DNA from: Candidatus Anstonellales archaeon
Lineage (GTDB): Archaea; Micrarchaeota; Micrarchaeia; Anstonellales; J096
NCBI GenBank assembly: GCA_038890745.1
Contig: JAWAFD010000003.1
Coordinates: 12,442-76,441 of the forward strand
Direction: 5' to 3'
DNA length: 64,000 nucleotides
Each line of letters starts with the position of its first letter. Position 1 is the stretch's first letter. The notes under the pieces are model-generated. The model ran no database searches and was not told the origin of the DNA. It was given only the letters and a program-made list of their open reading frames with translations. Positions 40,063 to 49,542 of this stretch are shown in pieces. The position numbers and the translations under genes are program-made.

Positions 40063-41441
40063 TCTATTTTTATTCCATTTCTTCTTAAAATTTCTCTTGC
40101 AGCAATCAAACCTGTAACAGCCGCGCCATTTATTCCACCGCTCACCCCACCACCGTCTCCGGCGGTGAATAGGTTTTTTACTTTTGTTGTCTCAAGCTGT
40201 TTAGTGATATCCAATCTAACTGATTTGAATTTTACTTCCGGAGCATACAGAAGGGTCCCGTCCTCATTTACACCCGGAATTACACCGGCCAGCTTGTCCA
40301 GCCCTTCAACAATATCCTCAACAATTCGGGCAGGCATAGCCATGCTTATGTCGCCGGGTGTGACGTCCTTATTCGTAGGTTCAACATAGCTTTTTTCTAT
40401 TCTCTCCCATGTACTCCTTCTTCCTTTTTTCAAATCCCCAAGCCTCTGCACAATCGCCTTTCCCCCTCCTATTGTTGTGGCTAGCTTGCATATGCTTTCT
40501 CCATATAAGGTTGTGTTTTCTACAGGGTGTGTCAGGTACACCCTTACCAAAAATGCAAAGTTTGTGTTGTTGCTCTTTTTGTTTTTCATGCTATGGCCAT
40601 TTACAGAAACAAACTTTCCGTAGTTTTCCGTGATTACATACCCATAGGGATTCGTGCAAAATGTTCTCACAAAATCATCATATTTTTTTGTTCTTATATG
40701 GAATTTCGGGTCCCAGTTTATTTTTGTAACATCCTCCATAACTTCGTTAAGAACCTCAACCCTCACCCCAATATCAAGCGGGCCATACCTAAACGGAATC
40801 CCCAATTTTTTTGCGAGCTCAAGAAGCCAAGATGAGCCTGCCCTTCCAGGTGCAAGGATTACGTACTCCCCCCCTATCCTTACTTTCTTTCCATCCTTCT
40901 TTTTTGCAACAATTCCGCAGGCCTTTCCGTTCTTTAGCATTATATCTGTTGCCTCTGTTTCCATCAAAAACTTTCCTCCAAATTTTTCTATTTTTCTCTT
41001 AATCCTTTCAACAACCTTCGGGAGTTCATCGCTTCCAACATGCTTCTGTTTTATGGGTATGTATTTTACCCCTGCTTTAAGAGCTCTTTTGTAAAGCTCT
41101 TCTGATTTTGGATGGACCTTTGCCTTTCCATCCACCCCCGCTTCTGTAAAAATTTCATCTACGTAGTTGATGTATTCCTCAGCGACGCTCTGCGGTAGGA
41201 ATTCGAGCATGTTTCCTCCAATTTCCGGATGCAGATTTATTTTTCCATCAGAGAAGGTTCCGCTTCCACCCATCCCTCTTATGTAATGATAACCGGCAGT
41301 TTTTGGGTCTTTTATCATTTTTTTCCTTTCCTCAATATCCAGGCCCATCTCTACAACAGTTACATCCATTTTGTATTTTGTAAGCTCATATGCGGCGAAC
41401 ATCCCAGCAGGTCCAGCCCCAACAACAATAACTTTCACCAT
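40059..41441 (-). CDS. FAD-dependent oxidoreductase
   Basis: VVGAGPAG, GGSGTFSDGK, RTFCTNP, AGDG. Confidence 0.88.
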   Translation of the reverse strand: MVKVIVVGAGPAGMFAAYELTKYKMDVTVVEMGLDIEERKKMIKDPKTAGYHYIRGMGGSGTFSDGKINLHPEIGGNMLEFLPQSVAEEYINYVDEIFTEAGVDGKAKVHPKSEELYKRALKAGVKYIPIKQKHVGSDELPKVVERIKRKIEKFGGKFLMETEATDIMLKNGKACGIVAKKKDGKKVRIGGEYVILAPGRAGSSWLLELAKKLGIPFRYGPLDIGVRVEVLNEVMEDVTKINWDPKFHIRTKKYDDFVRTFCTNPYGYVITENYGKFVSVNGHSMKNKKSNNTNFAFLVRVYLTHPVENTTLYGESICKLATTIGGGKAIVQRLGDLKKGRRSTWERIEKSYVEPTNKDVTPGDISMAMPARIVEDIVEGLDKLAGVIPGVNEDGTLLYAPEVKFKSVRLDITKQLETTKVKNLFTAGDGGGVSGGINGAAVTGLIAAREILRRNGIKID

Positions 41442-41442
41442 C

Positions 41443-41817
41443 CTATCCTTCCTCTTCTTTTTTTGCGAGGATGTTTATCCACACCCCGAGTATTGTTGCG
41501 GATATAAAAAATAAAAATTTCATCCAATCACCCAAAATATAATAAAGGGCATACCCACCAAATGCAATGAAGATGGGAAGAACCTGCGCAATCCCATAAT
41601 GCTTCTTCAACCATGCGACCTGAAGCCCAAGAGGAAGAAGGAGAAAAACAAAAAAGAAGCTCCAGAACATCAGCTCCGCGCTTCCCTCATCAATAGAATA
41701 GTTTCCTCTTATTCCGAATACTGCGAGCGCTATGACAAAAAGTAGTGAAAAGACTGGAAAATACAGAAAAATATTTTCTTCATCATTCTTTTTCGCGCCG
41801 GCTATTCTCTTAGCCAT
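41443..41817 (-). CDS. Small 4-TM membrane protein
   Basis: Hydrophobic helices; start overlaps the upstream stop. Confidence 0.65.
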   Translation of the reverse strand: MAKRIAGAKKNDEENIFLYFPVFSLLFVIALAVFGIRGNYSIDEGSAELMFWSFFFVFLLLPLGLQVAWLKKHYGIAQVLPIFIAFGGYALYYILGDWMKFLFFISATILGVWINILAKKEEEG

Positions 41818-42407
41818 CCAACCATCCCCATGAAAACTAAAAGCGCAAAAATCCCTGCAGGAGCGCATGCTTTTTCTTCAGGTTTCTGCTCCTCTTGCTT
41901 TACAATCTTAACCGGAGGCTCTCTTTCCGCTGGTTTTGTTTCGGTCACGTTTTCTTTTTTCTCTTCACTATCGCTCTCGCTCTCTTCAACTGTTGGTGGA
42001 ACGAAAGTTTCAACTTCGTGCATTATGTAAAATCCCTCCTCCCCCTGCTTGCATTCATCCACATTAAAGCTTATGAGCATTTTTCTGTATGTCGGCTTGT
42101 CTATCCTTATCTGAAAAAGTTTTGTCATGAATTGATAGTTTCCGGTGAACCAGAGATGCGCCTTTCCTTCGCTATCAGTTACGGCATTATTCAGCACACC
42201 GTACTCATACATCAAAAAAACCGTAGCGTTGTCTATGGGCTTTTCATCATACAAAAAAACATCAACGGTTCTGTTTGCGCATGTTAAATAAATCGTTCCG
42301 GTAAAAGAGTAGATTTCGCTTTTATTCTCAAGTTCAAATTCTTCTATTGCTACTGTTTTTGGGAATGTGAGAGAAAGCAAAAAGATGATAAAAAGCAATC
42401 TTCTCAT
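41802..42407 (-). CDS. Exported protein with a C-terminal Cys-TM anchor
   Basis: Signal peptide; TDSEGKA Ig-like motif; CAPA + TM tail. Confidence 0.7.
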   Translation of the reverse strand: MRRLLFIIFLLSLTFPKTVAIEEFELENKSEIYSFTGTIYLTCANRTVDVFLYDEKPIDNATVFLMYEYGVLNNAVTDSEGKAHLWFTGNYQFMTKLFQIRIDKPTYRKMLISFNVDECKQGEEGFYIMHEVETFVPPTVEESESDSEEKKENVTETKPAEREPPVKIVKQEEQKPEEKACAPAGIFALLVFMGMVGWLRE

Positions 42408-42445
42408 GCTTGGATTTCATCAGTTAGGTTTAAAAAAATGCCGAA

Positions 42446-42519
42446 AGCCCCAGAAGGGATTTGAACCCTTGACCTGCCGATTACAAGTCGGCCGCTCTAC
42501 CAGTCTGAGCTACTGGGGC
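42446..42519 (-). tRNA. tRNA-Thr(UGU)
   Basis: GCCCCAG acceptor stem; GCCGA-CTTGTAA-TCGGC anticodon arm; GGTTCAAATCC. Confidence 0.96.
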
Positions 42520-42530
42520 GATTGGATGAT

Positions 42531-43280
42531 CTATCCGTAGTATTCTACTCTCTTTTCTTCCATCTCTATATATTTTTTTATTTCTTTCTTCAGCTCATTT
42601 TTTTCCTTTTCACTCATCTTCAATCTGTCTAGCTTTTCTGCCCAAGTAGAGAGGGCATCAATCATTATTGGCACAACCTTCTCCTTTCCATAAAAAAACG
42701 GTGCGAGGGAGAGCAAAACCCTCAGTGCATATGTGTTGTTGCTTTCGCCTAAAACGCTGATGGCTTTCTCAGAAAGTACCTGCGTTTCAAAGCTGTTTAC
42801 GAGCATATATCTGGAGAGATGATAGCTCACAAGTTTTATAGAAAAAACATCATCAAACTTCCCCAATATATCAAAAGTTTCAAATATACCCTCCAAGCTT
42901 CCGGCGTAATCAAAGACCCTTCTGAAAATTCCTTGCCTCACCTTGTTTGCGTCTTCCTCTTTGTACCTCATTTTCATTCCCTCAAAATTGTGGAAATCGC
43001 GGTACTCCTTTGCAGAGCAAAGCTTTTCATGTAGTATAAAAAGTATTGTATTTTTTATCACCTGATCCTCTTTTTTGTACATCTTTATGAGGGCTTTTTT
43101 TGCCTCCTCCTTTTTCTCATAATCAGTGAATACAGGGTAGTTGTATATTGTCATAATAAGATTATCAATCTGCTTTACCTTCTCCATGGTTTTTGGGTCC
43201 GGAGCAGGTGATGGTGCGCGCTGCGGCTGAACCTGCTGGCTGTTTTCCTTTTCTATTTTTTCTCTCTTTTCTTTGCTCAT
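42531..43280 (-). CDS. Hypothetical helical protein
   Basis: 249-aa ORF with typical codon usage. Confidence 0.7.
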   Translation of the reverse strand: MSKEKREKIEKENSQQVQPQRAPSPAPDPKTMEKVKQIDNLIMTIYNYPVFTDYEKKEEAKKALIKMYKKEDQVIKNTILFILHEKLCSAKEYRDFHNFEGMKMRYKEEDANKVRQGIFRRVFDYAGSLEGIFETFDILGKFDDVFSIKLVSYHLSRYMLVNSFETQVLSEKAISVLGESNNTYALRVLLSLAPFFYGKEKVVPIMIDALSTWAEKLDRLKMSEKEKNELKKEIKKYIEMEEKRVEYYG

Positions 43281-43343
43281 CCAATCCCCCTTATTTCTGC
43301 TAGGCTCTAACTTTTAAAAACACAAATTATTAAAAATCTGCTC

Positions 43344-43922
43344 ATGCACCCCATCGTTTTTGTTACTGGAAATAAGGGCAAATTCCAGGAAGCGAAAAGG
43401 TTTTTCTCGGCCGAGGGAATGAAGATAGTAAACAAAAAACTCGACATAGAAGAGAAGAGGGGAACGCTAGAGGAGATTGCTAGGGATGCTGCGGAACAGG
43501 CATACAGAAAACTGAAAACACCTCTTTTCGTCGAGGATTCGGGTCTTTTTATACATGCTCTCAATGGATTTCCTGGGGAGTTTTCTGCGTGGGCTTTTAA
43601 AAAAATCGGGAATGAGGGAATACTCAAACTCATGAAATCAGAGAAAAACCGGCAGGCGTATTTTAAATCTGCTGTTGCATACGCAGATGAGCGCGGGGTA
43701 AAGGTTTTTACTGGCGTTTGTGAAGGAAAGATAGCCGCCGATGTGCGGGGCAAAGGAGGGTTTGGGTATGACCCGATTTTTATCCCAAAGGGAAAAGGAT
43801 TCACGTTTGCAGAGAGAGAAGATTTAAAAAGTGTACTCTCCCATAGATACAATTCTATTACAAAACTTTTAAAGTTTTTAAAAAACAAACAAAAAAATAG
43901 AAAAAATCAGAGGCATGGTTGA
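43344..43922 (+). CDS. rdgB: Non-canonical purine NTP pyrophosphatase (Ham1/RdgB)
   Basis: TGNKGK, EDSGL, GFGYDPIF, SHR. Confidence 0.95.
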   Translation: MHPIVFVTGNKGKFQEAKRFFSAEGMKIVNKKLDIEEKRGTLEEIARDAAEQAYRKLKTPLFVEDSGLFIHALNGFPGEFSAWAFKKIGNEGILKLMKSEKNRQAYFKSAVAYADERGVKVFTGVCEGKIAADVRGKGGFGYDPIFIPKGKGFTFAEREDLKSVLSHRYNSITKLLKFLKNKQKNRKNQRHG

Positions 43923-44376
43923 TAAAATGGCAAGGATGCATTCAAAGAAAAAGGGAAAGAGCGGAACAAAAAGGCCTAAGAGGAAGGAAAATGCCCCGTG
44001 GGTTGATAGCGCAGAGGTTAAGAAAATAGTGCAGAAGCTTGCGAAGCAGGGTGTTCCTCCTTCAAAAATAGGCCTTCAGCTCAGGGATCAGTATGGCGTT
44101 CCTTCTTTCAGGGCGGCTACGGGTGAGAGGCTCGTAACCTATCTTGAGCGTGAGGGGTTGTATAAGAAATTTCCAGAAGACCTTCTTCAGTTATTCAGGA
44201 AGGCCGTAAGGATGAGGGAGCATCTTAAGAAGAACAAAAAAGATGTTCACAACAGTGTAAAACTTTCTCATATCGAATCAAAGATAATGCGTCTTGTCAG
44301 GTACTACAAAAAAGTTGGTAAAATCCCGGCTGACTGGAGGTATGATCCAGAACAGGCAGCCCTTCTCATAAGGTGA
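43915..44376 (+). CDS. rps15: 30S ribosomal protein S15/S13e
   Basis: MARMHS, LRDQYGVP, PEDL, IESKI.RL.RYYK. Confidence 0.97.
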   Translation: MVDKMARMHSKKKGKSGTKRPKRKENAPWVDSAEVKKIVQKLAKQGVPPSKIGLQLRDQYGVPSFRAATGERLVTYLEREGLYKKFPEDLLQLFRKAVRMREHLKKNKKDVHNSVKLSHIESKIMRLVRYYKKVGKIPADWRYDPEQAALLIR

Positions 44377-44380
44377 AACC

Positions 44381-44995
44381 ATGGCTGAAAAAACGCAAGC
44401 AAAATCAGGAAAAAAAGTTGTTGATAAATGGAAAACAAAGCAATGGTACAATGTTGTCGCGCCCGAGGTTTTTGAGGGAAGGGTTGTTGCAGAAGTGATC
44501 TCTTCAGAGCCGGAGCATCTTGTCAACAGAATCGTTCCTGTAAACCTTATGGATATTACTGGCAAGATGTCCCAACAGAACATTTATACAACACTAAAAT
44601 TTAGAATAACAGAAGTTAAGGGAAACAACGCATACACAAAAATAATCGGTCATGAACTCGCCCCAAGCTATCTTAGAACGCTTGCGAGAAAGAACAGGAG
44701 CATCATCCACCATGTTATACCCGTTGAGACAAAGGACGGGAAAAAAGTTAAGGTAAAAATTGTTGCCGTGACATTTAGCAAAGTCAGCGCAAACACAAAA
44801 AAGAACCTTAGGAACGCTCTTGTAAAAGCAGTTTTAGAGAACGGCAAGTCAATGAGTTATGACGAACTCATGAAGGAAATAGTTTATGGAAATTTTGCGA
44901 ATAAGCTTTTCTCCATTGCTAACGCGATAAATGCGATGAGAAGGGTTGAGGTAAGGAAGACAGAGCTAGAAGAAACATTCCAAACAGTAGGCTGA
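44381..44995 (+). CDS. rps3ae: 30S ribosomal protein S3Ae
   Basis: DKWKTKQWYNVVAP, VEVRK. Confidence 0.95.
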   Translation: MAEKTQAKSGKKVVDKWKTKQWYNVVAPEVFEGRVVAEVISSEPEHLVNRIVPVNLMDITGKMSQQNIYTTLKFRITEVKGNNAYTKIIGHELAPSYLRTLARKNRSIIHHVIPVETKDGKKVKVKIVAVTFSKVSANTKKNLRNALVKAVLENGKSMSYDELMKEIVYGNFANKLFSIANAINAMRRVEVRKTELEETFQTVG

Positions 44996-44999
44996 TGGC

Positions 45000-45326
45000 A
45001 TGATGCCGAACATGGACCCAAAGCAGATGGCAAAACTGATGAAGCAGATGGGAATAAACACAAGCCAGATAGATGCTAAAGAGGTTATAATAGAAACAGA
45101 TGAGAAAAGAATAGTAATAGAAAATCCTCAGGTTATAGAAATCTCCATGCAGGGTCAGAAGAGTTATCAGATTTCTGGAAAAGTAAAAGAAGAAGAAAAA
45201 CTTTTTTCAGAAGAAGATATAAATCTCGTTATCGAGCAGGCAAACTGCACCCGCGAGGAAGCAGTAAAAGCGCTCAAGGAAACAAAAGGAGATATTGCTG
45301 AGGCTATAATGAAATTTCAAAAATAA
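45000..45326 (+). CDS. nac: Nascent polypeptide-associated complex protein
   Basis: MKQMGI, GDIAEAIM UBA tail. Confidence 0.93.
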   Translation: MMPNMDPKQMAKLMKQMGINTSQIDAKEVIIETDEKRIVIENPQVIEISMQGQKSYQISGKVKEEEKLFSEEDINLVIEQANCTREEAVKALKETKGDIAEAIMKFQK

Positions 45327-45338
45327 AAATTATAGAAT

Positions 45339-45847
45339 AGTTTAAGTACCCCCTGGTCTAATTTTTGCTTAGATAAGATAGGGGGGGTAGAAGCGTGAGG
45401 GGGGAATAAGAATGTGCTTAAGTCCCCCCTTGGCTGGTGGAAGAGGCAGGTGATGCGGCGAAACAAGTGCGACCCAGAAGTTTAGGTGGGTTGGGTCGCA
45501 CCGAAGCCCTTCGGGTTGTTTCACCGCATCAGTGATGCGGCGAAACAAGTGCGACCCAGAAGTTTAGGTGGGTTGGGTCGCACCGAAGCCCTTCGGGTTG
45601 TTTCACCACATCAGGGGGTCTGAGAAAAAGTTAAAGTACCCCCTGGTCTAACTTTTGCTTAGATAAGATAGGGGGGGTAGAAGCGTGAGGGGGGAATAAG
45701 AATATGCTTAAGTCCCCCCTTGGCTGGTGGAAGAGGCAGGGGGTCTGAGAAAAAGTTAAAGTACCCCCTAGTCTAACTTTTGCTTAGATAAGATAGGGGG
45801 TGGAAGAGGCAGGGGGTCTGAGAAAAAGTTAAAGTACCCCCTGGTCT
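45339..45847. repeat. Nested GC-rich palindromic tandem repeat (125-nt unit A; tandem 81-nt hairpin unit B)
   Basis: A copies begin at ~45339, 45629, 45754 (52-nt deletion) and 45827 (partial); B at 45451-45531 and 45533-45613. Confidence 0.92.
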
Positions 45848-45861
45848 CATAAAAGCTCGTA

Positions 45862-45953
45862 TGGGCCTGCTGGGATTTGAACCCAGGACCTTTCGATTTC
45901 TGTTTTATACCCAATATCAGTCGAACGCTCTGACCAGGCTGAGCTACAGGCCC
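45862..45953 (-). tRNA. tRNA-Ile(GAU) with a 17-nt intron at 37/38 (45898-45914)
   Basis: TTCGA-CTGATA[TTGGGTATAAAACAGAA]A-TCGAA; GGGCCTG acceptor stem. Confidence 0.94.
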
Positions 45954-46106
45954 TTTAATAGCTTTCTTTATTCCCTGCAAAATATTTTAAAATCCTCTAC
46001 CTTACCATGATGTAAGCGAGAATAAGTACAATGCCAACAAGCCCAATGTAAAAAACAACCTCTTCTGGCATGATTTGATTTTTAAACACTTGTTTTTATT
46101 AACCTT

Positions 46107-47195
46107 TTGATGAAGCTCGCGATTATAGGGGACACGCATTTTGGGTATTACAGGTTTGAAGAGGACGGATACAGGCAGGGAGAAGAGGCTCTTCTTAAAG
46201 CAAGCGAAATGGCAGACATCATAATCCATACAGGGGATATGTTTGATGCGCGGGTTCCAAGGTTGGAGGTGATAAACCGCGCAATAGCTATACTGAAAAA
46301 AGTAAAAAAACCAGTATTCGTAATCCACGGAAACCATGAGAGAAGAACGAAGGGGCAGACAAATGTTCTTGAACTCTTTGATTCTATGGGTCTGCTGAAG
46401 TATGTTCACAACGATGTTTTTTCATTAGGGAATGTATCCATCTTGGGAATAGGAAGCGTCCCTGAGGATATGGCGGTGCATGCGATACAGAAATCAATTT
46501 CTATGAATATTGGGAAGATGGGCGGTTTCAGAATACTTGTAATCCATCAATCCATTTCGGACCTTGGATATGGCGGATATGATCTGGATTTGGATTTTTT
46601 AGAAAAATTGCCCTTTGACCTTATAGTGAATGGCCATCTACATAAGGCAGGGGTTTTTTTGGGTGGAAAACTTATCATTCCGGGAAGCACGGTTGTTACT
46701 CAGTTAAGGGAGGATGAGTCGGATAAAAGAGGATTCTATATCTATGATACCGAAACAAAAAATTCAGATTTCGTAGAGATATCAGCAAGGCCGTTTTTTA
46801 TTGAAAATATTGAATTCAACGGTGAAGGGATAGAGGAAGCAAGAAAAAGAATAATAGAAGTATTCGAAAAAATAAAAAAACAAAACCATGATGCAATAGT
46901 CAAGGTAAAACTTACAGGGAGGTTGAAGGAAGGGCTTCGTTCATCAGATTTTTCTTTTGATTCAATGGGCGACTTGTTTATTCAAAACAACATGGAGGAA
47001 AAGAGTTTCGGAGAGAGAATAAGGGAGATACAGGATCTCAGGCAGGAGAAAATGAGCGTGAGGGAGAGGATCATGAGCGAAATAGCAAAACAACTTGAGG
47101 GAAAAATCTCATTTTCCCCATCTGAGATGTTTGAGCTTCTTTCCGAGGATCCGGAAAGAGCTTACGAGAAGATAATAAAAGAAGCAAGAGGGTGA
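46107..47195 (+). CDS. mre11: DNA repair nuclease Mre11
   Basis: GDTHFG, GDMFD, GNHE, HQ, NGHLH, PGS. Confidence 0.85.
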   Translation: MMKLAIIGDTHFGYYRFEEDGYRQGEEALLKASEMADIIIHTGDMFDARVPRLEVINRAIAILKKVKKPVFVIHGNHERRTKGQTNVLELFDSMGLLKYVHNDVFSLGNVSILGIGSVPEDMAVHAIQKSISMNIGKMGGFRILVIHQSISDLGYGGYDLDLDFLEKLPFDLIVNGHLHKAGVFLGGKLIIPGSTVVTQLREDESDKRGFYIYDTETKNSDFVEISARPFFIENIEFNGEGIEEARKRIIEVFEKIKKQNHDAIVKVKLTGRLKEGLRSSDFSFDSMGDLFIQNNMEEKSFGERIREIQDLRQEKMSVRERIMSEIAKQLEGKISFSPSEMFELLSEDPERAYEKIIKEARG

Positions 47196-47199
47196 GAGA

Positions 47200-47916
47200 A
47201 TGATTGGTGTAATCGGTGGGTCTGGGTTTTATGAATTGGCAAAAAATATCGTGAGGAAAAAAGTACCAACGCCGTACGGAAGTGTTTTTGCGCACATAGC
47301 TAAAATAGGTGGAAAAGAGGTTGCATTCATCCCAAGGCATGGAGAGAAGCATGAGATCCCACCGCACAAAGTAAACTACAGGGCAAATGTTTGGGCTCTT
47401 GAATCTTTAGGGGTAAGCTGTGCGTTTACAACATATGCAAGCGGGGTGATATCGAAATACAAACCAGGCGATCTAATTATTTTAGACGATATAATAAGTT
47501 TTTTTACGCATGAAACTTTTTTTGATAGTTTTGAGGACAACATACATCACACAGATGTGAGCGAACCTTTTAATAAAAAACTTCAAGGATATGTACTGGA
47601 AGGGGCTGCAATCCATGGTATCAAGCTGAAAAAAGGCGGTATAATAGCAACAACCATGGGTCCGAGGTATGAAACCCCCGCTGAGATAAGAGCGCTGAGA
47701 AGACTTGGCGCAAACCTAGTTTGTATGACAGCAGGCCATGAGGTCCCGCTGTTTGCCGAAGCAGAAATCCCATTGGTAAGCATAGCTGTTGGGACAAACC
47801 TTGCCGCCGGTCTTTCCGGCAAAAAACTTAGTCATCAAGAGGTTGTTGATATGATGATAAAGAAAACCAATGAAATAAAACTAATATTAAAAGAGTTTGT
47901 GAATTTTGTTGATTAG
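47200..47916 (+). CDS. mtnP: MTAP-family purine nucleoside phosphorylase
   Basis: GVIGGSG, PRHG, VNYRAN, GPRYETPAE. Confidence 0.88.
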   Translation: MIGVIGGSGFYELAKNIVRKKVPTPYGSVFAHIAKIGGKEVAFIPRHGEKHEIPPHKVNYRANVWALESLGVSCAFTTYASGVISKYKPGDLIILDDIISFFTHETFFDSFEDNIHHTDVSEPFNKKLQGYVLEGAAIHGIKLKKGGIIATTMGPRYETPAEIRALRRLGANLVCMTAGHEVPLFAEAEIPLVSIAVGTNLAAGLSGKKLSHQEVVDMMIKKTNEIKLILKEFVNFVD

Positions 47917-47926
47917 AATGAAAAGT

Positions 47927-48700
47927 TTAAAAACGCGTGTTTTTTAGTTTTGCGTAAGCCTCCTCAACACTCGCTATTCTCCCTAGCTTCATTTTTTTGC
48001 TCAGCTGAACAATCTGGGGAGGTTCTATTCCGTATTTTTCAATATCCTTGTATAAAACATCTCTTGTTTTTCCATCAAAAATTTTCCTTCCGCTGTCCAT
48101 GAGTATTATCCGATCGCAGTTTCTGGAGATAAATTCTATATCATGGGATATCACAATTATGGTGTGGTTTCCTCTAATTTCGCTTATTAGGTTTTCCACT
48201 CTCATAATCCCGCCGGGATCCTGGCCTGTTGTTGGCTCATCGAATATTATTACTTTAGGCTGCATCGCAATTATTGAAGCAATTCCAACAAGCTTTCTAA
48301 GATTATAGCTAAAATCATATGGGTTTTTATCCCGTATCTCCCACAGCCCCATAATTTTCAAGGCCCACTCCACGTCCCCCCGCCCGACCTGCTTAACCCC
48401 AAACCTTACCTCCTCTTCTATTGTTTTGCTGAATATCTGTTCATCAGGATTCTGGAAAATGTAACCCACAAGCGATGCCATTTCGTACGGTTCTTTTTTT
48501 GAAACATCCACTCCAGCTATTATTACTTTTCCCCTTGTCGGCTTAAGGAGCGCGTTGAAGTGCTTCACAAGGGTGGTTTTTCCAGAGCCGTTCTGGCCTA
48601 TTATTCCAACTATCTCATTTTCTTTTATTCTCAGCGAAACATCTTTCACCGCAGCAACGCCGTTTTCATAAACATGACTTAGGCTATTGACCTCTATCAT
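47927..48700 (-). CDS. ECF transporter ATPase
   Basis: GQNGSGKT, FQNPDEQIF, DEPTTGQD. Confidence 0.9.
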   Translation of the reverse strand: MIEVNSLSHVYENGVAAVKDVSLRIKENEIVGIIGQNGSGKTTLVKHFNALLKPTRGKVIIAGVDVSKKEPYEMASLVGYIFQNPDEQIFSKTIEEEVRFGVKQVGRGDVEWALKIMGLWEIRDKNPYDFSYNLRKLVGIASIIAMQPKVIIFDEPTTGQDPGGIMRVENLISEIRGNHTIIVISHDIEFISRNCDRIILMDSGRKIFDGKTRDVLYKDIEKYGIEPPQIVQLSKKMKLGRIASVEEAYAKLKNTRF

Positions 48701-48702
48701 CT

Positions 48703-49542
48703 TTATTCCCTCCTTTTGATTCGCCCAACAAACTCTTCAACATCGACCGCATTCCTTCCGCTCCATTTTCCCGCTTTCTTCATCTTTTCGCTCAGCTCAG
48801 TAATCGGCAATGGAATCATTCCATTTTTTTTCAGAAACTCTGCATCAGCAAGAATATCTTTCGGTTTTCCCTCTCTTAAAATTTTTCCGTCGCGCATGAC
48901 AACGACCCTATCTGCTCTTTTTGCTATCTCCTTGAATTTGTGCGAAACAAATATTGTTGTAATATTCCGTTCTTTCCTTAGTTTATCTATTGTTTCCAGC
49001 ACCATTCTTGTTCCGTATGGGTCGAGATGGCCTGTTGGTTCATCCAGTATGAGTACTTTTGGCTTGAGCACTAGCACAGAGGCAAGCGCAACCTTCTGCT
49101 GCTGCCCTCCGCTCAGCTCGTAAGGAGAGTGTGTTCTCATTTTCCAAAGCCCAAGGGTCTTAAGCGCCTCCTCCACCCTTTTCTTCATTTCTTCCCTTTC
49201 AACTCCTCTGTTTTCCAGCCCAAAAGCAACCTCCTCCTCTACGCTCGTTCCGTATCCTGTGAGCTGGGCGAGCGGGTTTTGGAAGACATACGCAACATGC
49301 TCGGCAAGCTTGGCTGGTTTTGCCCTTCTCGCATTTATTCCGCAAACCATTACTTTCCCTTTCTGCCTGCATGGAAGCATGCGTGGGTATATCCCTATTA
49401 TTGAATAGCAAAGCTCTGTTTTCCCACTTCCCGTAGGCCCAGTTATGGCTACAAATTCCCCTTCCCTTACAGAAAGGCTTATGTTATCAAGAATTTTTTT
49501 GCCACCGGCCCACAAAGAATAATTCTCTATTTTTATTATCAT
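48703..49542 (-). CDS. ECF transporter ATPase
   Basis: GPTGSGKT, LSGGQQQ, LDEP. Confidence 0.9.
   Translation of the reverse strand: MIIKIENYSLWAGGKKILDNISLSVREGEFVAITGPTGSGKTELCYSIIGIYPRMLPCRQKGKVMVCGINARRAKPAKLAEHVAYVFQNPLAQLTGYGTSVEEEVAFGLENRGVEREEMKKRVEEALKTLGLWKMRTHSPYELSGGQQQKVALASVLVLKPKVLILDEPTGHLDPYGTRMVLETIDKLRKERNITTIFVSHKFKEIAKRADRVVVMRDGKILREGKPKDILADAEFLKKNGMIPLPITELSEKMKKAGKWSGRNAVDVEEFVGRIKRRE

Noticed and set aside
45451..45613. Hammerhead ribozyme or box C/D RNA in unit B (CTGATG..GAAAC on the minus strand)
   Set aside because: Lacks the conserved A after CUGAUG and stem II; the motif is simply part of the terminal inverted repeat.
45339..45847. Second CRISPR array
   Set aside because: Long nested units with no unique spacers.
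46107..47195. mre11 without adjacent rad50 as a novelty
   Set aside because: Partners may lie elsewhere; this cannot be judged from the window.
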